DNA from: Penicillus capitatus
Lineage: Eukaryota > Plantae > Chlorophyta
Length of the DNA: 54,110 bases
Assembly: GCA_965649825.1 (NCBI GenBank)
Contig: OZ287715.1
Location: forward strand, 185,866 to 239,975
Direction of reading: 5' to 3'
This document shows, piece by piece, positions 9,219 to 22,019 of this stretch. The translations under genes and the position numbers were made by a program. Under the pieces are notes generated by a model that was given only the letters and a program-made list of their open reading frames with translations, did no database searches and was not told the origin of the DNA. Every line of letters starts with the position of its first letter. Positions within the stretch are counted from its first letter, which is position 1.

Positions 9219-12200
9219 ATACTCGTTTTCTTCCAGTGATCCATCCTCAAGTTTTTTCTCAAGAAGCGATTCAGTTTCGACGATACAGCTCAATCCTACC
9301 CCCCGTCACATAGATCAGTCAACAAGTTTTCTTACGTTTGAGCAAATAAATCTTGCCTCCCGCAGCTTGAGTCTACCCGCTTTGGAACTCTGGATGAACG
9401 ACTCGGCGCCTTGTCTGGTGGCAGTCAGCGAAGCTCCGTGGCACCTAAGGAACAATGAATTTCGCTCAAATCGTCACATCTGGCTGAGATCATCTCCACA
9501 AGGTGAATCGCTGTGTGGACTATTCATCAGGGAAGATATCAACTTCTCTATGGTGTCCTTGTCCAGTCCTTCCCCGAGGGTCATAGCAATCACTGTCTAT
9601 ACCCCTGCCGGATTGATCGGGGTGATCTCATTCTACGTGCAACACACCTCCGGAAACGGTCTTGAAGCGGTCGACGAAGCATTCAACCTACTGAAGAGAA
9701 AAACCGACCGCATATTTCTGTTAGGAGACGGAAATGGTCACTCCTATCTGTGGGGTCCGGAGCACCCAACGAGATTGGCCGTTTATGGGAAGACTTTATA
9801 AGTGCAAACCAGCTGGTCGTCGCTAACGACCCCTCAGGCCCTCCTACTTTCTTCGATCAAGATCACAGACCACATTGGCTTGATATTACTCTGGCCACAG
9901 CGCCGCTATCAAAGTCGATAGTAGAATGGAGAGTAGTGCACTCAGCCATTCCAGTTTCCGATCATTCGCTCGTTAAAACAACGCTCAACCTCGGGTACCA
10001 AAAGATCACTCCCCGAAGATTCACTAACTGGAGGGACGTGGACTGGCCTGCCTTCAATGAGCACCTCGAAAAGACACTCAGCCGGCCTGAGTTCTTATTG
10101 CCCATGGAGACCCAAGATCAAATCGATGAACGCATCGATATGCTGACAAGTGCTCTACAGAATACGGCCTCTCAATTTACAAGGACAAAGACAATCCAGA
10201 ACCATTCGAAGCCTTGGTTCACACAGTCTGTCAAGTTTAAATGGAAGGATATGAAGCGTGCTCGGAATAGGTACATACGAGCGGTCCAAAAGGCCAAGAG
10301 TCACCCTATGTCTGCCCAACTCGAAGTCGAATTGGCCACGCGCTGGAAGGAAGCACGCGAAGCCAGAGCCTCATTCAAGAAAGAAGTTCGGCTACAGAAG
10401 AAAAACTCCTTTGTCAAATTCTGCAGTGACATGAAATCGGACATGTGGAATGGCTTTGCAAAAATCGACAGATCTCGGAAACGTAGCCAACCCGCCCAGC
10501 CACCAGAAGATCACAAATCATTGGAAGCCCGTTTCTTTCCAAATGAAGGAAAGTCTGTTTTGGGGAAGTTCGCGGAAGACTTCAGAATAGCCAGAAGACG
10601 CCTAGACTTCTCCCCGGGAGAAGAGATCACATGGAAGGAGCTCGTAGAAGCAATCATCCGGTCAAAGGATGGAGCGCCTGGGCCCGGACTCGATACCATC
10701 TTTGTGTCTTCGCAACACCCTAGGTGTGACCGGCCAAGTCCTCCTTCCAATTCTGAACGCAGCGCTTTCCTTGGCATACTTCCCGAAGGCCTGGAAGAAA
10801 GCTTCCGTCATCCCACTGCCCAAACCTGACAAAGATCTCTCCCTCGTGTCCAGCTGGAGGCCAATCTGCCTTTTGAACACTCTAGGAAAGGTCCTAGAAA
10901 GAGTTCTACAGCGTCGCCTGTACAGCTTTCTCGAAGAGCATGGATGCCTGGTCGATCAACAGTTCGGTTTCAGAAGAGCTCGCAGTACAGAATCGGCGTT
11001 GACCTGGTTTGCGGAAGACATCATTCATGCTTTCAACTCTCGCAGTCAGATCGGCGCCGTGAGCCTAGATCTCACTGCAGCCTTTGATACCGTCCCCCAT
11101 CCGATCCTAATGTACAGATTGGGGCAGCTCAAGATTCCAGCCTACCTGTGGAGCATGGTAGACAGTTTCCTAGTGGAAAGGGAAGCTACCATCTCCCTCC
11201 CGACGTCCTCGATCCACTGCCGTCCGGTGGCTGGTGTGCCCCAGGGGTCATGTCTGTCGCCTACGCTCTTTCTGTGCTCTGTCAACAGCCTCGCAAACTC
11301 AGTTCCCCCTGAGGTGAAATGCTGTCTATTCGCTGATGACTGTCTGCTATACTGCCAGATTGGCCCACGGGGCGAAGGCCAAGCACATCTCGAGTCCTCC
11401 TTGAAGAAGGCCGTCCAGTGGGCAACACTCAACGGAATGCAGTTTAATGCCAGCAAAAGCCATCTGGTACGCTTCTCAAGACTCCGAAAGGCCACATCGA
11501 TCCAAGTGAATCTGGACCGCTCCCTATTGCAAGAAGAACCACAGTTCACTTACCTCGGGCTGACAATGGACAGCAAGCTAAACTTCAGCGCTCACGTCTC
11601 GGGAGTCTGCATGAAAGCACAGCGTCGACTGGAGTCCATCAAACGGATCAGCAACAGTTTATGGGGTGCCACTCCTGGCGTCCTGCGTACACTGTTCCAG
11701 GCATGCGTTGCACCAGTCCTCTACTACGGAGCCCAGATCTGGTCATCCGGTAGTAGAGCCCTAACGCAGAAGAGGAAGTCCTTGATGTCGGTCAATCGGT
11801 CTGGTGCCCTCCTCATCACTGGGGCTCTTCGCATCACATCAACAGCAGCAGTATTAGCCCTAGCGGGCCTAAGGATCCCCGATGATGAAATCACTCGACG
11901 CTCTCTTCTTGCTAAGGTCAAACTGGAAGATTTGTCCTTCTACGATCTTCGTCCTGCATTGGCTGGAACTTATGACTCACCGCTGTTCCTCATCAGGAAC
12001 CGTTACGAAGAGTTCCTGTCGCAAGAAAAACTGGATAGATGGGAAAAGATCACTCTAGAATCCATGAATGGCGGCGATCAAGCTGGCTTCGAGTTACTGC
12101 GTTTTGAAGCCTCATTATTTGCAGATTCGAAGGGGAAGATCGCTTGGGAATCGACGGATCGTGCAAGCTCTCTGAAAGCCACGTGCTTTGACAAGGTTAA

Positions 12201-12525
12201 GATGACTCGGTTGAAATGGTGGAAAGCACACAGCAGAAGACAGTTCACAGCCCTCTGCAGATTCCTAACAGGCCACCTGGCAACCCGTGTTTATCTCAAC
12301 AGGTTTAATCTGCTCAATACCGCCGATGGAGACTCAATTCTTTGCCGCTTTTGCGGCCGCGTGCCAGAGACAAGAGATCATCTCCTGAAATGCTCAGCAT
12401 GCCGACACATCCTGCCTACAGGCTGGAAGTTCTCAGTTCCCGATTGGCCGTCTGTTTGGTCGTCGAAGAAATTACGAGTTCAAATGGCAGAATTCGCGAT
12501 TTCTCTGCAATCTCGTCTAGCATAA
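9205..12525 (+). CDS. LINE ORF2 (AP endonuclease, reverse transcriptase, CCHC finger), split by two 1-nt frameshifts
   Basis: APE: QINL, VSEAPW, LLGDGNGHSYLWG, WLDITL, SDHSLV. RT: APGPDSI, SWRPICLL, QFGFRRARST, LDLTAAFDTV, GVPQGSCLSP, FADD, YLGL. C-terminus: FLTGH...CRFCGRVPETRDHLLKC. Frameshifts at the G-run 9752-9755 and C-run 10683-10685. Confidence 0.92.
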
Positions 12526-12953
12526 GCAATTCGCTCAAACGTGCGCCTATCATTTTGTGAATCTCTCAATGAACGCTTCTTTGTTTCGTTTTTGTATGTT
12601 TTTTCTGTCTGCTCATGGCACATGTGAAAGCAAACGCCATGTAAATAAGGAATTATATACCTGTACACAGTATTTGCTAGACACGACCATACCCCCATTG
12701 AGAACGACAGACCATTCCACATAGGAGGACACTTGTTCATGGTGCAGGAGATTACGAGCGCTGTTGACACGAGGAGTGGTAAACTGTGTAGTACTTTACG
12801 CCATGCTACTCAATCTCTATCAGGTTTAAATGGTGACTGGTTATCAATGCGGTGGATGTGTGGGACATGTTCGTGGTGAATATAATGAACTGGCAATGAA
12901 GATAAGGAATACAAGAACAACAAATAGAAAAAGAAAAATCTCAGGTGACATCT

Positions 12954-14777
12954 TCAACCTTCGGCACATGTCGTCGCATTTTTGAACGAAGAGCACTTAT
13001 TCTCGGCTTCAAGGAAAGAGTTCTCGAGGACGGGATCCTGGCGAAAGATTTCTTCTCTAATCTTGGCACTCGAAAGCTTGTAAGCTGCGACAGACAGGTT
13101 TAAAGGACCTGAATCGTTTGAAAAAAAACTTGCTTTCATCTGAGCGATCCCAGCCGCAGTCGGGCATCTCGTCACACATCGCTATATTCTTGCTGCTCCT
13201 GCAGTTGGCATTGACGCGCATGTGATAATACCGACACATAGGATCGGTCAAATTCTGTCTGGCGTTTTTCAGAAGCTCTTTGTCCATAAAGGCGTTGCCC
13301 AGAACGCAAGCACTCCGATCCAAGCGGCAAGGATCTGCAGCCATTCATAAAAACGCTACGACCACCATTGAGGGAAGGAAACCTGTGCGTTCCGTTGCGT
13401 TTCTAATGTGCGAACATCGCAAAGCCTGTCGTATGATGACCTTGTCTGTTGAGTTGGTAACGCGATCCAGCAACAGCTGGACGCACGTGAAAGCAAACCA
13501 TGCAAATTCCTGTTCGAAACCCAAGAGAGATTGGCATTACCTCGTCTGCAATTGCGAGAGACTCGGCTAAGACGGCAGCACCGTGAATGCAGCCTTGGTT
13601 TTCCGAGTAGGTACACATGGGATCGGTATTGCACGTGTCGATGGAAGCATTGTGATATCTGTCCTTGCAGTAAACATAGTATGGGAACAAGTACTCCAGG
13701 TACGCGTCGACATAGTCGCAAATCTGCGGCGACACGAGTTAGAGAGTCAAGAACCCAATTTATTCACGAACCAGTTGATCGTATCCTGTCGGGCAGTCGG
13801 TCGTCGGCGGTTTGACAGTAAACGTCAAATACCAGTCAGGTATTGTCTCCGATACAACGTTCACTAAGGGTGCGACTTGATCCAACATGGTTGACAACTT
13901 GAATTGATCGACCTAAAAACAGGAAACGGCGCGCGTGCGACGCAGCTTTACTCATGCTCGAACCGCAGTGGTGTTTGCCCTGAAAGCCTCCTCAGATTCC
14001 AACCCAAACTCGATGTGGTACATATCCGCATAGCAGACCTTGTTCTCTTCGTTCCTATAGATATAATGACGAAACAATATCCGAAGGGAAAACGGTACCA
14101 GGTGCAGCCCTTCAGTTTTCTACACGTGGTCGATTTGGTGCGCGAAGGGCATTGGTCAAAAAGACGGGAGTAAGTGAAAACCAGCGGCGCGTTTGCAATA
14201 CAGGGGGAGTCCGAATACTGGCCCAACATATCGACAAACGTACATATCTTGAGCTGCCTGTGTGTATGCTCCGCGTCGACAACGAGGAAGAAACGTGCTT
14301 GCCCCGGACCTATTCCATCCGCATTTTTCGAGGGCGATGCACTGCTCTTGGTCAGTTCCGATGACTTGACATTCCTAAAAAAGATTGGACAGTGGCATCA
14401 TTGTGTAACGCCGTTGCCATGTCGTGCCAGTTCATGAAAGAACAGTCCGGCAATGCCACTTTGACTGGAACGGAGCATATCGACTTTGGCAGCTTGACTG
14501 ATGTTACACGTCCATGTTTCCGCCACCCAGACGCAGCCTTCCGCGCCGGAAGATGTCAGTCCTCGACGCGGAAGTCTCTAGACAGACGTCTAGAGTGTGA
14601 AAGAGAATCGGAGGCCGACTGGAGACACTATACGTTAAGACCCGTGTTCGTGAGAGTTGTTTCGATCGGCCCAACAAAGGGAAACGCGTCCAGTAAAGGA
14701 CGGGCCGAAAGACGACTCGGCTTGGCACAAGTTGCTGGCACAAGGACAATAAAGATGACGAGACAGAGAGGATGCAT
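12954..14777 (-). CDS. Secreted Cys-rich repeat protein, paralogue B (multi-exon; possibly pseudogenised)
   Basis: Signal peptide MHPLCLVIFIVLVPATCAK; repeated C-x8-C-x5-C-x-W modules (CPSRTKSTTCRKLKGCTW, CRSSKNIAMCDEMPDCGW); intron positions shared with paralogue A; in-frame TAG at 14578-14580 unless a shifted acceptor is used. Confidence 0.7.
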
Positions 14778-15131
14778 CTCGCAAACGCCACCGAGACAAA
14801 AGCCAACAAGGACACATGCGGCGAACCAAACCGCAGTACCGTCAAAAGCGCGTAGACGGTTAACATTGTACGACGACAGGTCGACGACGATACAGAGCTG
14901 TGAAGTCAATCGCGAAAATGTCGGACGCGTCGTGATGTGACTGACCTATGTCTCGCTATGTCGCCAGTTTTAGAAAAGTATCAGACCCTGGTGGTCCTCT
15001 TACATGGACAGCCAATTTCCATGTACTCGCATCACCCACACCTTAAAGAAAGAATGAGAGAAATGTAACACAAGCACAGCGAAAAAAGAAAAGAATGAGC
15101 GCCCGATCAAAATGACCCGGCGAACAGATGC

Positions 15132-16947
15132 TCACGCCTTGCTGCACGCTTTGGCGTTATTTTGCGGCTGGCACGTCTCGGCCGCTTCAGTGAGTGGTTT
15201 CTTGAGCTTCGGATCTTCCTCAATCAATGCTTCTCGAATCGTATCGCTTGAAACGTCGCACTCTAAACACGAGAGGACTTAGCGATGGCAGATATCTCTA
15301 TAGACCTGCCTTGGTGGGCTGTCTTCCACTCACAGCCCTTTGTGCTCGAGCACTTTTTCTCGGTGTCAATATCGAGGCAGCCCGAATCAAGCTGCATACG
15401 AAAGTACTGGCAGACAGGATCCTTTGAATCTTTCTTGGCATCCTGTAGGAATTCTTCGTCCATGTAGGCCCTCCGAATGGCACAAGTATTCCGCGTCCAC
15501 TGGCAATTCCCTGGATCGGCTTGTCAGATTCCTCGCTCCCTCCACGACGGAAGCGCACCTTTGCAATCGGCTGCTTTGGCGATACGGTCGCAACGCAGGA
15601 ACTCTCGTGCGAGGTGGTTGTCCGTTTCGTCTTCGATGAGATCCAACAGAACCTAAGTCACACAAAAGAAAGTGAGATATCTGACGGCAGGCGGCGTGCG
15701 TTACTTCGTCTGCCTTTTCCAGGCTTTCGATCATGATTTCGTGTCTGTGTGTACAGCCCTGGAATGCATTGTGGCGGCATAGCTTGTCCGCATTGCACGT
15801 CTTCTCTTCTTCCTCACTGTATCTGAAAAAGCAGTATGCGTGCTCTGGAAACATGTGCGGAAGATGCGCATCCACATAATCACAAATCTAAACGCATGCG
15901 AGTAACGACTTGCCGGATATCAAACACATCTGTTGCACGTACCAGTTGTTCAGTGCCGTCTGGGCAATCGCTTATAGGAACCTTGACCTTGAGAAGCGAT
16001 TTCCAGTCTGTTTTCTTGTTCGATTTCTCGACCGTTGGGGCCACCTCCGCCAACCCTGTCGCCAGTTTGCGCTGATCGACCTGCAATGCACATCGCTGAG
16101 GCGACTGACCATTGTCTTCCGAAAACAGACTTTGAGAAACTCAGTTGTAAAGGCATCGCGGGATTCCACTCCAAAGTAGATATGGTAGAGATCCGCATAA
16201 CACAGATCGTGCACTCGGTCCCTGCACGAGAGTAAAAAGAGGCAGGTCATGATGATGATCGGTCTGACCAACTGCAGCCTTCGAATTCTCGACATGCCCT
16301 GATTGTCGCCTGCGACGGGCATTGCAGAAAGAGTTGGGTATAGGAGAAGGTCAACGGTGAATTCTCGACGCACGGCGAATCGGGATACTGACCCAAGAAA
16401 TCGACAAATTCGCATGTCTTTGATCGCCTTAGTCCAATCAATGCTCCCATGACGCAGCAGCAGTGGTGGAGATCGCATACCTGTTCCATCCGCATTCCTC
16501 GAGGGCAGCGCATTTCTCCTCGGTCGTCCCTGATGCCGAACATTCCTGAAGAGCAGCACATCATCTCGCTCGTCCATCTTCTAACCGTCGTTGTGATCAA
16601 GTGCACCTTTATGTGCATCCAGAGCTTGGCAAATTCGTTTTTGCTCTTGCGAAGAATGCCAGCTTCGACGGAGGGACTCGAAGCGCACGTCGACGCATCA
16701 TCGTTCCATGTACACGTCTTCTTCGCCAACAGCCCACGACGAGGCAGACTCTCTAGCTTCGCCTGCAGCCGAGCGTCCTTCGATGCCTCTCAACAAGGCG
16801 CCTTACCTCATAGCCTGTGTTCGCCGATGCGGTATCCGAGAGCGTAACGGGAAGGAACGTGTCTGGCAATGGACGTTTTGGATCTTTCGCCGTGCACAGG
16901 GAGGTTTGCAATAAGGGAATCAGGATGAGAAGGATGCGTTTATGCAT
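15132..16947 (-). CDS. Secreted Cys-rich repeat protein, paralogue A (multi-exon)
   Basis: Signal peptide MHKRILLILIPLLQTSLCTAK; modules CSASGTTEEKCAALEECGW, CPSQATIRACREFEGCSW, CLDIDTEKKCSSTKGCEW; exons colinear with paralogue B; ends ...AKACSKA*. Confidence 0.8.
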
Positions 16948-17003
16948 GATACAAAGAATCGCTCAAGCAATGGACGACGCAGGTGTTGGAGGAATGCGTT
17001 CGT

Positions 17004-18440
17004 TTATACCACCCTCGTATCATAAACGCGGACGGTTGAGTCATCTGAACCGGCAAGCACGAGGGGTCGATCTCGATGGACGGCGAGACATTGAATGGCT
17101 TCGCGATTTCCCCAGAGCTCACGCACCGCCGTGGCCACGCGTGTGTCCCACAGTCGAATGCACCCATCCATGCACCCCGTTGCAAAGAGAGATGCATTCG
17201 GAATCGGCTCCATACATGATACGCCTTTGGGATGATCGCAGTTCTGTCTCCGTGTTAGGGAGGTTCGATCCCAGACCACCGCCTTCCCATCCAATCCCGC
17301 CGTCAGAATCGCCGGCAGCAGGCCGTCCGTAAAGCAGACGCTTTCGACAGAGTCTTCATGCCCTAGAAACAATAACGCCGTTGGAATTCACGGGGCGTGG
17401 CGGAAGCGGGAGGGAACCTGCTAATATCGCTGTCGATTGTGCGCTTGCGAGATGGCAGACACGCGTTGTGCCGTCGGCAGATCCGGTCAACGATAGAAAT
17501 CCATCCGGCGTTAGGTCCAAACAGGTAATGCCGGCTTCGTGAAAATTGTATCCGCCAATCGATGCGGTGCAATCGCCTGTTCTGGGATTCCAGATCTTGA
17601 GACTGGGATCTTGATCGTCCCCTGTCGTCACCACTGTCCTTCCATCCGTCGTAAACGCACCGCATGAGACGCCGCCGCCATGTCCGGAGAAGACCTATGC
17701 ATGATGGGACGTACGAGAGTGGCGCCGTTGATCGTGATCAGACCTGCATGCAAGCTCCTGTCTGAGCATTCCACATCCAGACGGAGTAATCATCCGAACC
17801 GGCAACGATCACATTCCCTCTCGGATGCCAACAGATCCAATTGACGGTATCTTCCGGTCCATCCAGTGTCTGTAGCAAAGTACCGTCCGTGGTAGACCAC
17901 ACTTTCACCGTGCCTATGTGTCACATCATATGTCCTTGCGGCGAAACGGGCACCTGGGTTACCCTCCATTCCTGCTGTGGCCAACATCGAGCCATCGTGA
18001 TTGAACGCAACGGCAATGACCGAATCCGCATGACCGTCCAGTCGGCAGACGGGCATATCTTCAGAGGGCGTATCGGGACTGCACGTCTACAGAGATGATG
18101 CCCCTCGTTGCTATCAACATGTCCATACGGCGCGCAATGACCTTCCAGACAAAAGCGGTGTCGTCTTGTCCACCGGAGGCAACGGTGAACGGGTCGACTG
18201 GACTCCAGGCCACACAGAAAACGGACTCGATGTGTCCGGCAAAGCAATGGAAGGCATCATCCCCAAACTCATGCTCGGCTTCCGGTACCTCGACGACCGC
18301 CTCGTCGGACGCAGGTCCTTAACCGAAAACCGTTTTCTCTCCGCGTCTGCAATAGAGCGAGCGTTACCGTCTTCTTCATGCCCCTCCAGATCCGCAATCA
18401 CCTGGTCGTCATCGAATAGCTCGTGGTTATCGGCGCACAT
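17004..18440 (-). CDS. SQT1: WD40-repeat protein, AAMP/SQT1-like ribosome assembly factor
   Basis: Acidic N-terminus followed by WD repeats (GHIESVFCVAW, ASGGQDDTAFVW, LDGHADSVIAVAFNHDGSMLATAG, GHEDSVESVCF, GCIRLWD). Start is approximate. Confidence 0.75.
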
Positions 18441-18652
18441 TGAAATGACGTTTACGGCACCATCTGACGATCCATGCGTCTGTCGATGAAGTGCATAGCA
18501 ATTACACGGTGGCTCAGTTCTTCATCATGAGAACCGACAAGCACGTGTCTCACAAATCCAACGACCTTATGTTGCATCCGTCAAAGATGCGTGGCGGATC
18601 GATCGCGTATCTCACACGCTTTGCGAATCCAACAAAGCATGGGTCCGTCTTA

Positions 18653-19457
18653 TCATGATAAGAGGATCAAAATGGCGCAAATCACACCGACGACGACACC
18701 CGCAACGACAGCCAAACACATTTTCTTGCTCGTTGCTGCCCGCTGACTCTTCTCTGCCGTTTCCAGTTCCTCTCGACCCGCCTGAACACGATCGGCGGTC
18801 AAAATAGCGTTGGTCTCCACATTGTCCACCATCGTTCCTTGATCATGCACCATAACGGCCACATCTTGAAACATCTCGTTCAATTCCCCGATGTCTTTCA
18901 CCAATCCCTGAATCTCGGTATCACGCTCTTCGATAATGGCCTCGTTGTATGAAATCATATTATCCAGACGTTGGACCTCTTGCTGCTGATGCTGTCTCAA
19001 CAGATGCTCGTTTTCTCCCTCTTCATCGACCGCACGCGATCCTGCCGGTGTGCTCATGTTGGGAGGCGACGACACCTCACGATCGGCCGTCAATTTTAGC
19101 GCCTACGGGGCAGCATCCGATGCACAAGGGTTGACAGCAAGAGGGCAGAACCTTTTGAAAAGTGTCCAGGTGCTGTGCAAAACGTTCGACGCTCTTCTTG
19201 AGTCTGTCCTGCTGTTTTGTGTCCATTTCCTGCTTGGTTGTGTTCAGTTTGGAAATATTGTCCTTCAGCTCCTTGGCTCGGCGTTGGATCTCGTCTTTCT
19301 GTATGGAGATGCTTGCACGAAGGGTCACGGTGTCTTTTGGCGTGGCTAATTGATCTCCAAGACGCATGTACTTCTCAATATCCGTATTCAGACGGAAGAC
19401 CTGTTTCTCCAGAGCTGACAGGGCCTGTTGCATGTATTCGTCAGAGAGGGATGGCAA
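18653..19457 (-). CDS. Qa-SNARE syntaxin (SYP2/Pep12/STX7-like)
   Basis: Habc helices, SNARE motif (EERDTEIQGLVKDIGELNEMFQDVAVMVHDQGTMVDNVE) and C-terminal TM anchor. The 5' end is unresolved. Confidence 0.9.
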
Positions 19458-19739
19458 GAACGAATGGAGGACATTGTCTGTTGGATTGCCCTTCGTGGAA
19501 ACCGTTTTTTGACGGCCACCCGTTGCGGCTGCCTTGTCCTGAAAAGAAGACAGTTCCTACCATTTCAGTGAGTCCCCCGAGGGGGGCCAAAGAAAAAAGA
19601 ACGCCTGTCATAGGCGGGAGACCACGCACCATGAACGTACGATTCATCGTGGAAGGGGCTTATAGAAATATCGGCAAGATGATGTGACATCAATCAAGAC
19701 AACGATGACGACGACGTGATACCTGCCTTCCACGATTTC

Positions 19740-20439
19740 ATGTCTTCTAAGCGCAGTCTCCTCGATTTGTTGCCTCAGCCAAAACAGCGCCAGGATAAAG
19801 TAAAGACGACGCTTTGATGTGACAGGTCGTGAAGAACAACGCGCTTTAGATTCCGACGAAACGGCCGAGGAAGGGTGAGACGGAAGACGAGGAGAAGAAG
19901 AGTGCGGCGAGCCTTGGAGACAACGAGCTGTATCGAGTAAACCTGAGTGCTGAAGAGACGACACGGGTCACGTCATCTTCCCTACCCGAGATTCCCGAAA
20001 CGACGCCATCGGCCGAAGCGGCACCACCAGAAGACAATGCAGATGCGTTGATCATGAAAGCACTAGAAGAAGAGCAGCTGCGCTCGAGCAAAGGAAAGCG
20101 CCGAACAGGCGATATCGAATTCAAAGAGGTCTTGGGACGCTCCCTTTGACGCTTTTGCATATGCCAATGGGGTGGCAGATTTCGCAAGACGCGCTGAAGA
20201 GTGGCGTCTCCAGTGTACAGCGCGAGGTCGATGCGATTGGACTGGCATTGAAAGCAGATGAAGACGAAGACGATCGCGTAGTGATGCCGGACTATACGTT
20301 GAGCAAAGAGGCGCACCGTAAGCATCAGATCACGACACTCTATCAGACCATGAAAAAGAACGAGACGAAGCTGATGACGAAAGAGGCTCAGAATGCCAAA
20401 ACCAAACGGGAGACAGAGAGGAAGTATGGATGGCGTTAG
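19740..20439 (+). CDS. PRCC: PRCC-domain protein
   Basis: N-terminal SLLDLLPQPK and C-terminal HRKHQITTLY...AKTKRETERKYGW match the PRCC C-terminal motif as recalled. Confidence 0.7.
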
Positions 20440-20679
20440 CGCATGATGTCTGTCGGATTTTGATCAGTGCAGAATGAACGCCCTTTGGCTTTAATGCTGC
20501 CGAGGAACATCTAGGCGAAGTGCGACGTCATACCGCTGTCTGTCTGTCGATTGTCAACTCCTGTCCCCGAGCGCCGTTTCTCGCAGCAGTAGAGGATCCA
20601 GGTGCTTCTGTGCCAAATCCGAAGCGTGTTGCGCTTTTGACGTCGAAACTCGCATTTCGTTAACGGCATCGGGAGAGAG

Positions 20680-21207
20680 ATGTGTTGTCCTTTCAGCGAC
20701 CTTTCTCAGATGAGCGCTCAGTGGACGGAGCCGTCAGAGTTTGAGGAAAGTAAATCGTTTCTTCGGCCGTGGTTCAGCCTCGAGGTTGTGCCTTCAGTAT
20801 GGCCGACGCCTGAACCCGATTCAACGTTATGGACATCACCACCCTATGTCCGGAAGGCAGACGGCATCTTCGACGATGACAAAGACGACTTCGCCAATCG
20901 GTCAGAGTCATGGCTCGTCCGTCGTCGTCATCCGATGGCGCAAAGGAGACCAAGGAGCTTCGGAAAGGAAGACTGGCATCTGTGCTCCTGTGGCGAAATG
21001 CACTGCCGAGGCGTACGTTTCTTCGCCGAGGACGATTGTAGACGTGAGATTCGTTGCCTCGTGCCGCGCAGCTATGACGTATCTATGCCTGTGCTGATAC
21101 AGATGGACAGAGACGTTATGTGTGGACACCAGGCATCAACCGCGTTTTCTACGAGGCACTCGCATATCTGGGCGAAGAGACGTCGCCAAAGCCGATTCTC
21201 CACGTAA
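20680..21207 (+). CDS. Hypothetical protein with a post-SET-like CxCG-x3-CRG motif
   Basis: 175-aa ORF containing HLCSCGEMHCRG; otherwise unrecognised. Confidence 0.3.
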   Translation: MCCPFSDLSQMSAQWTEPSEFEESKSFLRPWFSLEVVPSVWPTPEPDSTLWTSPPYVRKADGIFDDDKDDFANRSESWLVRRRHPMAQRRPRSFGKEDWHLCSCGEMHCRGVRFFAEDDCRREIRCLVPRSYDVSMPVLIQMDRDVMCGHQASTAFSTRHSHIWAKRRRQSRFST

Positions 21208-22019
21208 CGGCTCAAGACTGCCGAGCGCCCATGATGCCTGTTCTTAGTACCTGATATCGCGAGGCATACGGCATCTGACGCGTGTCCAAGTGTCAAGTCG
21301 ACTGCAGAAGTACCGAGAGAAGAGTAGACTGAAGAAAAAAGGAGTGAGAAAACCTCAAGGTATACGATCATCATCACATCCGACGATCGAATCGTTGTGA
21401 TATTCATGCAGCTCGCAGAGAATGCGTGCGTTCGTTGTGTATTAAATTTTTCCCACGTATTCGGCGAAGGTCTTTCATTTTACACCTTTGTCGCGTTGCT
21501 GACCAATTTTTCCCCGTGCCTTGGACGGATGTGCGTTCTAGAAATATTCGACACACACAGTGATGGCAGTGCTTCCACTGCGATGTGTGATATTACCCCG
21601 TTCGGAGAATTCCGTGCGTGTACTGTTTAGACGGACAAGCTGCGAATGTAAGATTCGCTGAAAGGTTCTTCGTTGCGAAAAAATTCGTTGTATCGTGTGG
21701 GTGGGGGTGATGCTAATGCTTTAAGAGGTTAGAATGGAAACTCGATCGAATCCAATTGTTTTGCCCTTCGCCTCTCGCTGCGCCTCGGCCGCCTCATCTC
21801 AAAAAACTAAACCTTCTAGAGCCGCCAAAGATCGGAAAAGCATGTCGATCTCGATATCCGTTGAAAAAGGAGTGATGTGCAATGATGTGACCCAGACGTC
21901 CTGATGCTCGTTGTCGGCCAAGGCGATATCGACGGAGCTGCGTGTAGCAATACGGTTCCGGAAACAGGCATTACAGTTCATTGCTGTCCCCAAGTGTTCT
22001 ATTGTTTGCCCCTCTGCCG

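Larger units (their letters stand above)
7501..12650 (+). mobile_element. Near full-length non-LTR retrotransposon (LINE), APE-type, I-group-like, no RNase H
   Basis: 5' end defined by the duplicate at 294; ORF1 with zinc knuckles; ORF2 with APE, RT and C-terminal CCHC. The 3' end is approximate (TAAATAA near 12643); no poly(A) tail or TSD was found. Confidence 0.95.
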
